This document shows positions 53,754 to 64,000 of a DNA stretch of 64,000 nucleotides, one piece after another. Positions within the stretch are counted from its first letter, which is position 1. Each line of letters opens with the position of its first letter. This DNA comes from Paraspadella gotoi (taxonomy: Eukaryota; Animalia; Chaetognatha), in assembly GCA_051294375.1 (NCBI GenBank), contig CM119267.1:20833476-20897475 (forward strand). The letters run 5' to 3'. The position numbers and the translations under genes are program-made. A model generated the notes under the pieces. It worked only from the letters and a program-made list of their open reading frames with translations. It ran no database searches and was not told the origin of the DNA.

Positions 53754-56700
53754 ATGTCGCATCCCAGAGCTATCGTCTCATTTGTCGTCGTCGTCTTCGT
53801 CGCCGCCGGCTGTCCAGCTGCGTCGGCGGCGTCGCCTGCGGCCGCTGAATGTTTTCAGTGCGTCACGTGGAAATCCGACTTTGCTAAGGATAAGGGTAAG
53901 TTATTGTCGATCGGTTGAGCACATGGGTCAGTTATTGCTTTTCAGTTCCAAGTGGATTTTGGTGGCGATTTCATTTTGGTTTTAGTCAATAGAAACCAAA
54001 AACATTAAAGGATAAAATCAGTAAGCCGTATTTTTATAGTTAAAGAATGAAATATTGGTTTCATTAAGTGATTACTTTTTATAAATATTTTTTAAAAAAC
54101 TTTGTACTATATATTTTAAATTTCTAACAATGATATTTTAATATTATATTCTTCTTGGTGAATATTTACGGTGTGAGGGAGGTTAGTATAGTCTTCTAAA
54201 AATCGAGGGTTCACATATATATATATATATATATCAAACAATATAAGGTTTATAAACTTACTGTTTGTTTCCAAATAGAGTTAAATTAAGTTAAGTTAAG
54301 TTAAGTTGTCAACGCTATTACATATTTCTTTCCCCTTCCTATCACATTCTCATTCCTTTTCCTCCTTTTTCCTCCCCCCCCTTTCCTCCCTGCCCCTCTC
54401 AGCGAGCTGCGTTCGTCCCGTCGCCTGCGTCACTTCCGGTCAATGCTTCAAGACCGTCTTCCTCGCGGGTCTCACCATCCGGGGTTGTCCGCAAGGGATC
54501 GACTCGGACATCGAGTCGAAAATGTGAGTCGCGTCGTTGGAATTTGTTCGTTTGTTTGTCGGGTCGTTCGTTCGTTTGTTATTTTCGTTGATTCGTTCGT
54601 TGGTTCGTTCGTTAATTTGTTTGTTCGTTCCTTCGTTCGTTTTAAACCGTTTGTTCGCTGGTTAAGTTAATTAAATTGTTAGGCTGGATTATTATGCGTT
54701 TTATTTCGAATTCAAACAAGGTTGATTCAGTACTACAGGAGCATCCAAAAAAGCTTAAGTCTAAAAACAAAACAAAGTTAAAGATTTGCGTGAAAAACCA
54801 CCACCACAGACAACAAAGGTCCAAATTATCAATTAAATATTTCAATCATTAAAGATGCGATTATTTTTTTGAGAACTAAATTTTTCGAACTATAGATCTT
54901 GGAAATAAAGTCTCTTTTTACGCTGGTTAAACAATGGTAATATATCACAGTAACCAAATAAAGTCGCGAAGCTCTCTAATGCTTTCCCCATCGGTTGAAT
55001 CCGAAATATTTTTCTGATACCATCATTAATAGCAACATTAATTCTGTTCATGTCTCTAGCCAAAAAGTTTTTACCTCACAGCCAATAGTAGTATAGGACA
55101 CAATTTGTAATAAAAACAATTTCATTAGAACTTCTTCAGATGGTTTATACAAAGCATTAATTAAACAATTACTAGATCGATAGAAAAGATGAGAGTTCTT
55201 TGCTAGGTTCAAATAAGGACCCCTTGTCGCTACTGCAGGTTAAAGCTCAAGATAAGTCCATTTATTAACGAGTTTCTATAGGGTTACTGTTAAGAGAAAG
55301 AACATCTTTATCAACACTGTGTAAGGTTTTCCAAAATACATTACTTTTGTTTTTTTAAAACTAAAAGTAAAAACAAAACTGCTCTGAATACTGAGCACAA
55401 GATATTTATTAGAGTTTGCATACCTGCTATTGTTTGGTGGACAAAAGCGCAATGTCGTCAGCAATAAAAAATGCTTGCTAAAAGAATAAGTTTCCTAATA
55501 TGACACCCAAAACCAGATATATTTTAATCTTGTTATTAAGTCATTTACATACAAAGCCAGAAATAAAGGGCTTAAGACAGCACCCTGCCGTACACCTGGA
55601 CGACACTATGAAAGCATCACTGATATCTCCTTTCCAGCGACTCCTACTAGTTAGGTTACTATAGCCAGTAAACCAATTAATTTATAAAACAGAGTGGTAC
55701 AGATCTATCTATGAGTATTGTGTAAAAAGACGCATAATGATTGACCTTAATCAAAACCCTTGCTGCAATCCATAAATGTTGCGAAAACGCCAGAGCCATG
55801 AGTATTAAAATAATTTATACAAGTCCTTAACGTTAACATAGCGTGAGAAGTTGAGTGGACATTTCTTATATCCAAATTGTAAATCGTCAGAAAAAAGATA
55901 ATGGCCGAATTTCCAAATAAAAGGCAGTGTTCAAATAATTGACTAAAAATCGAAGAAAGAGTTATTCCTCTATAATTAGAAAACAGAAACTTAAGCATCA
56001 ACCGCTTGTAGTCCTTCACGAATAGGGAATAATCAAACCCTCTAAAAAGTCAGTACATACATATGAATGTTGAATTAAACTGTTCAGTAACATATGCAAA
56101 TGAGTCAACAGTTTGGGGCTCGCAAAAATCAAATGTTCTGGAGTTACAAATGTTGCAGACGATTTTTCCTGCTTTAATTTTTGTAAGAAAGCTGTTAAAA
56201 ATTCATCCAAGATATTAGATAAGGTCTAATCGATTGTTGAGATAATGAATTCACAATATTTTTATACTTTTCTGAAAATTCAGACTAAGACGAGAATTGC
56301 TGTTTGCATTAAAATCATCAATAGACTAATTTGTAATTTTGTGAAAAATGATTAGCAATTTCATGGTTGTTAAAATGCCCCATCTAATCACATTCCACAT
56401 CTGTGTTTTTCCCTTGAATTATGACTCAAGTTTTTCCAAAAACTACAATAACAGTCTTTGTTATGTAAATCATGCAACTTTTGCGAAATCAAGATGAGAA
56501 ATTCAATCTTTTAGCATTTTTAATAGAACGTTTTATAGGCTGTAATTAGCCGCTTACTTTTGCGTTAAAAATAGGACCTTTATTGGGTCTCCACAATCAC
56601 GCCAAAGTGTGTACAATTCTATTGATTCATTTTTAAGTTTTTGTAAAGTTCATCACTCCAGAATTTTCTTTTGTAATTGGGGCTTTGCCGCTTGGAATTG

Positions 56701-57302
56701 ATGCATCGGCTATTTTAATTGCTTGAAACAATGTCGCAAAAAGTATTTTTTTCTAATTTAAAAATATGAATCAGTATTTTCACAACATATTGTCATCGTG
56801 AGTTAATTGCATCGTAAAGGAACATAACTCTTGTCTAATTCAATTAGAAACAGTAAGATTCGTATAATTTTTTATCTTCTGCTTTAAGTTCTTTCCAGTT
56901 GATAAATTCCGTTCTATTCTTAAAAATTGATTCGTTTTTTTTCTTTCTTTCTCTCTTGAAGGTCTCTCTCTGTTCTTTAATTAAAAAGTGGCGGTTGTTT
57001 TTAAATTGAAAATCTCATCTCTCCTCTCCTTCTCTCTCTCTCTCTCTCTCTCCTCTCTTCTCTCATCTCTCATCTCTCTCTCTCTCCTCTCTCTCTCTCT
57101 CTACCCCCTCTCCACCAACACTTTATCTCTCTCACCTGCAAGAAAGAAAGAAGGGAATGAAATAAAGAGAGAGAGAGAGAAATTAAGACGGAAGGAAAGA
57201 AAGATCCAGTATTTTTTTCATTAGACTCAGAAGCGATAACCTCGCGCGAAGAACCGCGGCGAAAAGACGAATGAGGCAACGAATCATAAAAAAGAGAGAG
57301 GT

Positions 57303-57369
<67 letters not shown>

Positions 57370-58600
57370 AAAATGGGAGGGAAAAAGTAAGGTAGAGAGG
57401 TAGAAAGGTGGAGAGAAATGGGAGGAAAGGAAGGTAGAGAGAGAAGAAAAATAAGACGGGCAAAAAGAGAGGCAGAGAGGCAGAGAGGTAGATAGAAATG
57501 GTAGATAAAGGAGGGTTAAGATAGAGAAGAAAAAAAGCGCGAAAAGAGAGGTAAAGATTGAAATGATATTGGAGTAAAGTGAGGTCGTGACAGAAATGAT
57601 ATTTGAGAGAAGATAAATGAAAAGAGAAGAGAAAAAGTAAACAAAAAAAAAGAAAAGTAACAAGAAAAGAAAAAAGCCCATAAAGAGAAGTATGAAGGAA
57701 AAATAAATGTTAAGTAAAGAATAGGATCGAGAAAAGAGAAACGAAAGAAAAGAAAGGTAAAGAGAGAAGAGAAATAAGAAGAAAGATAAAAAAAATGATG
57801 AGGAAAAGTAAAGAATGGACGGAAGAAAAAAAAAGGGAATGACTAAAAAAGAAAGGGGACATAAAAAAGGAGGGGACATAAAAAAAGAAGGGAAAAAAAA
57901 AGGAGGGAAAAAATTCTCTCATTTCATCCAATTCCGCATCGTGAAAGGAAATGGGGGAGAAGTGGGGGGCGAGGGGTTAGGGGAGGTGGGTGAAAGACAG
58001 AGGGATGTATGTGACTATGTAGATAGTAAAGGGTAACACTAATTGTCACACGTAGTTGACAGATTCGAGTATTTTTGATAATAATTGGATTTAAAAAACT
58101 TAATGAATGCGAAATTATTTTCTCGACGTTTTTTATATTATTTTTTTTTCATTGTCATTTTTATTTTTATAAAATAAAATGAAAATGAATCAATTTAAGT
58201 TCAACATTACAATATGTAAATGAGATTAAGAAATTCAATCTCATTTAAGATCATATAATATTAGATAATCATCCCTTCCATTTCTTATTACGAAACTACG
58301 AAGAGATTACGTAAATGAAACCAAAGAAAAATATAATATATAATTCTTAAGAATTAATTTCTAAACTAATCAGCCGAATCCTTACCTAAAGACGAACAAA
58401 CTTACATTTTTAAAAGACAAAACTTGTCAATTTTTAATCTTTCCTCTCGATCGCGGTGGGGGGATTTGGTAAGTTTGAGGGGGGAGGTAGGTGGCTAATT
58501 GGTGGGATGGTGGCGGGCGCGTGGCGGGAACAGGTGGCGCGGATTGGGAAGAGCGTTGATGACTCTGCTCAGCGAGGTGGATGGGGAAAAAAAAGGGGAA

Positions 58601-58674
<74 letters not shown>

Positions 58675-59042
58675 ACTGATTCGTTTTCCATTCTCCGCTT
58701 GATTTAAACTTCGGTTAAAAACCCCCGCCTTTTTTTTCCTTTCCTTCTTTTTTTTTATGTCAATCTTTTTTCTTTCAGTTTCTCTTCCGTTTTTCGCGAC
58801 CGAAGTTTTTTTTTTAGTTTTATTTATTTTTAAATTTGAATCTGTTTCCTGTCCGTTTGTTAAACTTTGTCCGTACGTTTGGATGTCTATAGGAACGAGA
58901 GCCAGATTTTTGGTTTTTAGTTGTTTTTCTATTTAATGAATTCAAACGCGGAAAACGAATCAAAAAGTAACAGATCAGTATCACCCTGTTCTTGTGCCAG
59001 TGCGGCAGTCTATAACTATCAATCTATCTATTTATCTGTTTC

Positions 59043-59133
<91 letters not shown>

Positions 59134-59579
59134 GTCTATCTATCTATTGTTCTTAATCTTTTTTTTTCTTTATGATTCAGCGTCACGAATATCATGAAAC
59201 CTTTTTTATCTTTCGTTTGAGATTTGAGATTTTATAAACAATGAGGGAAATAAAGAAAACAATAAAGAAAGAAAGAAATTGTGAAAAAGAAAGATCGAAT
59301 TCCCGTCCAAACCCCAACGTCCCTTCAGGTGCGACAAGATCCTCTACATGATGACCAAAGATCCAAACACGAGTCAAAGTCTCAAATCAAAGTTCGAGTC
59401 TTCTCAGGCGCAAAAGGATTTCCTCTCCGCCTGTCCCAAATCCGGTCAGGCCCAGGCGTCGCCGCGGACCTCGCTCTGCAGGGGGCGGGGCTGCAATGGC
59501 GCCGCGTCGCTGGCGGCGTCGAAAATCCTGGCGGCGACGACGATCGGCGTCGTCGTTTGGGCGGGAAGGAAATTTTTGA
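53754..59579 (+). CDS. Ly6/uPAR (three-finger)-like secreted, probably GPI-anchored protein, 3 exons
   Basis: Exons: 53754-53895 (signal peptide MSHPRAIVSFVVVVFVAAG...AECFQC), 54403-54523 (SCVRPVACVTSGQCFKTVFLAGLTIRGCP), and 59329 to about 59579 (CDKILY...SAC...LCRGRGCNGAASLAASKILAATTIGVVVWAGRKF). Introns are GT-AG with matching phases 1 and 2. There are 10 Cys ending in CN, followed by a hydrophobic tail. The stop at about 59579 needs a 1-nt homopolymer correction; otherwise the frame runs into (AG)n to 59809. Confidence 0.75.
54900..56900 (-). mobile_element. 5'-truncated, decayed non-LTR retrotransposon (RT region) in intron 2 of the Ly6-like gene
   Basis: Minus-strand motifs: PEHLIFASP (about 56130), NYRGITLSSIFSQLFEHCL (about 55950), VFATFMDCSKGFD (about 55750-55790), GVRQG (about 55590), ADD (about 55455). 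Its RT motifs differ from those of the other two LINEs. Confidence 0.85.
59040..59145. repeat. (TATC)n / GATA tetranucleotide microsatellite
   Basis: The run is directly visible. Confidence 0.95.
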
Positions 59580-59597
59580 GTTGGGGGAAGAGGGAAG

Positions 59598-59607
59598 GAG
59601 AGAGAAA

Positions 59608-59701
<94 letters not shown>

Positions 59702-59707
59702 AGAGAG

Positions 59708-59738
<31 letters not shown>

Positions 59739-59750
59739 AGACAGTAGAGA

Positions 59751-59790
<40 letters not shown>
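59598..59790. repeat. (AG)n microsatellite, representative of dozens of (AG)n/(CT)n tracts across the window
   Basis: The run is directly visible. These tracts explain the many SLSL/RERE ORFs. Confidence 0.95.
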
Positions 59791-60059
59791 TATGATGAAA
59801 AACGGATAAAAGTTTTTTTTGGTCGTTTGAACGTCATTTCGATTTCTTTTACTTTTTCTTTTTTTCCCTTTCAAAAACCGTGGGCGTTCTATTCCTAGCG
59901 TTAGCCTTTTGTCTGTTTTGTTCCTTTGTTTTTCGCTGATGATATTTCCCGTGCATCGTCGTCGCCGTCTTTCCTTTTCTCCCTCTAACGAGAAGAGAGA
60001 GAAACATTATTTCGGAAACAAATAAACAAAACGACATCGAAGGAAACATCGAGCGATAT

Positions 60060-60150
<91 letters not shown>

Positions 60151-61724
60151 TCATTGAGTGCTAAGTTTTTTTAATTTTAATTTTATTTATAAACTTAGAA
60201 CAATCGATTTCTTTTCTATCGACTAATCCGCCTTAGTTAAATATTCAAACCGCTTTTCTAGTTTTAGTTGAAGTATCATGTATTACGACGAAATCCTCTT
60301 AAGTCTAAGAATTATTCGAACAAGAATTGCATAAAGCTTTATATACAAATTGTTTATAATAATCTCTACCGCGCGATTTTATGCTTTCTGTTATTTTCTC
60401 AATAAAATATTTTTAATATTTTCTTCTAGTTTAAAATAGAGATAGCACTTTACTAATTTGGCAAAAGAAAATAATTGTTGAAAGCGTGAAAGGGAGAGGC
60501 AATTTTTTTGGAAAAGTTAATAAATTAATTAATTAATTAATTAATTAATTAATTAAATTCTCGTCAATTAGTCAGATACGTAACGAATCTTCCTCGCATT
60601 TTCTTTCCACAAAGTCCTATAATAAAAAAGTCTGGCAAGAAGATATCCAAGGTAAGTAATTCGAAAAATCGCTGATTCGTCATTTCCTCCTCGCGCAAAA
60701 ACGATCTACTCAATTCGACCCCTCAGCAAAACTAACTCTTCCCTTACACCGACTTAAAGAAAAAAACTATTAAGCTATTAATTTTAAATCCGACTTCGTA
60801 AAACGCTTCCCTATTCTTTCCGGATAGTGAATCCACGATCGTTAAATTTACATTTTTTACAATAAAAAAAAAAAAAAAAACTAGTGGAGAATTGGCTCTA
60901 CTGTTCTTCCCCGAGTTAATGGTCGACGGGAAAGAAAGACGATAATCTCTCTTCGTCTTCATCGTCGTCGTCTTCTCCATCGTCGTCGTTATCGGCGTCG
61001 TCGGCGTCGTTCCATCGACGCCGTCTCCTAATCGGCGTCGGTTAAGCGACGTCACGGCGTCACGCAGTCCGTCTCCTTTTTTTTTCTCCTTTTTTCTTTC
61101 CTTAATTTTTCTTTTTTCCCCCCCATTTTCTTAAGAAGTGAAAATTCTTTCCGATTTCAAGGGGAAAAAAAAAGGCTAGGATTGAGTTGAGGGAATAAGA
61201 AATCGTTTTGTCGATAAAAACCAGTTTTTTTTTTCGAAAGTATTTTTTCTTTCTTTCAAGTTTAAAGTTAAATTTTAAACTTCATGATTATATAAATCAG
61301 TGTTCGTTAAAACGTAAATGTGATTTTATATAGTATAGTTCGAATTAAAGAGAAACCTAAATCATATAACTATCTATAAATACCTATAACTACCAATCTC
61401 TATTAAAAGCTGACCCAAAAATGACCAAACAAACAAAATCGGAGAAAAACGAACTTGATTCGAGGCTCGCGCGGGCGCAGCCATCTTGATCCACGGCTTC
61501 GTCAACGACGTCGAGTGACGTTTACGCAGGCGTAGAAAATAAACGATTGAAAAAAAAAAACAAAAAAAACAAAAACCAATGAAAACCAAATAAAAACCAA
61601 ACAAAAACAAAACAAATCAAAGACGAAGAAAACGAGAGAAAACAAAATACAACGACTCTCTCGAAACCTGGAACTAAAAACCGTCCATACCCACAAGCCA
61701 TTCGAACGTTTACCCATTTCCCTT

Positions 61725-61965
61725 CCTATCCCACCAGCCCATCAGTCTTCCAATTTTCCCATCCCATCTTCCCATCCCAACTTCCCACCTCTCTGCCCAT
61801 CTTCTTATCTTTTAATCTCTCTTCCCTTCCCATCTGCCGATCTTCCCATCCCATCTCTCGTCCCATCCCATCTTCCAGTTCCATCTGCCCATCCCATCTT
61901 CCCATCCCATCTGCCAATCGCTCTTCCCATCCCATCTGCCCATCTTCCCCTTCCCTCATCTCTCT
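61725..61965. repeat. Degenerate (cccat/cccatctt)n pyrimidine-rich tandem repeat
   Basis: The repeat is directly visible. Confidence 0.7.
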
Positions 61966-61984
61966 CACCCCCCTCCCCGACCTT

Positions 61985-62351
61985 GCATGGGCGGGAGACT
62001 GTCTCGCAAGACCGTGGCGGTGAGCAGAGACGAGACGTCCCTCGAGTTGCTCTCGCGAAAAGTACGAATCGTCCGCTCGACTCGGTCGGCCTCGGCCATC
62101 TTGACCGGACGACGACGCGAACGCAGGCGCGATCGCGAGCTCGAACGCGAACTCGAACGCGAGCTTGAACGCGAACTCGAACGCGAGCTTGAACGCGACC
62201 TCGAACGCGACGACGACCGGCCGACCGAGCGTGGCGCGAGATCCAAGAAGAGCCGGTCCGCCGGATATTGGGAGGGGATGTCGCCGGAAGATTCCGCCGA
62301 ATCGGAAGACGATGGCGCGAGGAACGAAAAAACAGAGGAGAGGGCGGCGGG
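61985..62351. other. GC-rich possible exon with a 12-bp tandem repeat; coding strand unresolved
   Basis: Open on + (RELE)n with a gtaaac donor-like site at about 62351. Open on - as an RS-rich peptide with a gtcggg donor-like site at about 61981. No recognisable domain. Confidence 0.25.
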
Positions 62352-64000
62352 TAAACCAATCAGTTAACCAATCAATCAATCAATCTCTTACACGAGCTCA
62401 GTAAATCAGCCAATAAATTTATCGACAAATCAATGACTCGATAAATCGATCGGTCAATCAATCGGTCGATCGGCCCATCAATAAATCTAAATTTGAGTCA
62501 AGCGAGCAATGCTTCGATTTAAGTTGGTTATTAATCAAACAACATAAAATATGGAATCCTTATTTAAAATTGCACGATCGATCTCTGGGTTATAATGATT
62601 AGTTCATTAGTCTATTAATTACTCAAATCGTTTAATCAATCAGTCAATAAAATTTTTTTTTCCCGCCAGCCAAGAATTCGTTGGTCGTGACTCGACTCGA
62701 AGTCCAACACTTCGTCGAATCCGATCGAACGGATCAGGAGAAAGGCGAGCGTCACGTGACTTGGGGCGGCGCTTGGGAGGTTCGCACGATCCGACGTGAC
62801 GCGATGCGAGATGACGTGTCACGAGACGAACTTACCATTCCCAATACTTTTAAAATTCCTTACCTTCTCCACCTCGCCCTTTCCCGAATAAGGCGACCCG
62901 ACCCTACTCTCTATCCCTGATTCCGTCCAAAAGCATCTTGCGAAATACTCAACTGAGAAACTCCAGAAAAATCGGAGTCTGCACCATCGATCCGTCGACG
63001 GATCAGCAGCCGCCGCAGCAGCAGCAGCAAAATTGTCAGCCTCAGCAGGAGCAACAGGAGGAGCAGAAGCAGCGGCCGGAGGAGCGGCAGCAGCAGCAGC
63101 CGTCAAAAGTCGAACAGAAACAACAGATTCAACGTCGGAGAAGAATCAATTTGAAGCGAATGGAAAAATCGGCGACNNNNNNNNNNNNNNNNNNNNNNNN
63201 NAAGCTTCCACGGGGAATACTCTCGGTCCTAATCAAGGATTAATCTCGCTCCGCGGGAAGATATTATGTTATATTTGCTTGGCCTTCGTCGGTCCGTCGT
63301 CGTCGTCTTGGTGCTCCGTTGTTTGAGTCCGGTGTCATGTACTTTTTGCTTATTAATAAAGTTTGCATCTTTGGCTGAGGTCCAGAGCATTTTTGCTTGA
63401 CTTTGTTTGCTCGGGCAGAGTCAATTCCAATTTTACGTTATTGAGAGGCTAATGCGGCCGCTGTTTGTTTATCTATGCAAAGATGTTCTGAATCAGTCAT
63501 GGATCATAGTGGTAAGTTAGCTGCGTTTTCATATTGAATTTGGGGTTCTGTGGCTTGGAGCGCCCATATTCGCTAATATCGTCGTTCATTGTCGTCTCGC
63601 ATACGTCTTTGGCGGCCAAACATTTTCGTAGGTTTGTCAGTAATTGTAAAGTACATGCATATGTTGTACATGCCGTTTCAAGGTCTGTCTAGCTATCGCG
63701 TCTTAGACTTCGGCCATCGCGCTGGGTCTTTGTCACGTTCTTTGGTACCTCTGGGAATAGATTTGTCCGTCATATATTTAAGGGTTAAAGAAACATAAAA
63801 AGGTGCCATAATGGGGTAGACTATGTTGTGTAGCCTTCTGCGCCCTTCGTCAGTCAATCTTCTGGTTTTTTGTCCATTATTTCTATGGGACCATCACGTC
63901 GTAAAGATAAAGGTCGTCGGTTGTTGAATATGAGCGGGCGGAGCGCGTATTTCGGCCGTTGTCATTGTCGGGTCTCTCGGTTGTCTTCTGGCGCCAACAT

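Overview
Eukaryotic (animal-type) genomic DNA. It is AT-rich and dense in (AG)n/(CT)n and (GAC)n microsatellites, with GT-AG spliced genes. It comes from a noisy draft assembly: seven gaps are exactly 25 N, and several have indel-rich duplicated sequence beside them. Genes reconstructed by hand: (1) an 8-exon tandem-rhodanese sulfurtransferase (TST/MPST family) with an atypical CGNGISA active-site loop and duplicated exons 6-7; (2) a cluster of three paralogous secreted proteins of 629, 629 and 637 aa with an architecture I do not recognise (signal peptide, a large helical-looking domain, a GCC2/GCC3-like Cys repeat, a coiled coil and a truncated fibrinogen-related domain); (3) a 3-exon Ly6/uPAR-like, probably GPI-anchored protein with a split CC motif. 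Mobile DNA: three frameshifted non-LTR retrotransposons; a complete 651-bp TRIM-like mini LTR element (LTRs, tRNA-Trp-like PBS, PPT, 4-bp TSD) plus a solo-LTR relic; a 103-bp hairpin; a HINE/DINE-1-like element; and an approximately 3-kb palindrome whose 59-nt spacer occurs in both orientations in the window. No database searches were run; all calls come from reading the sequence.
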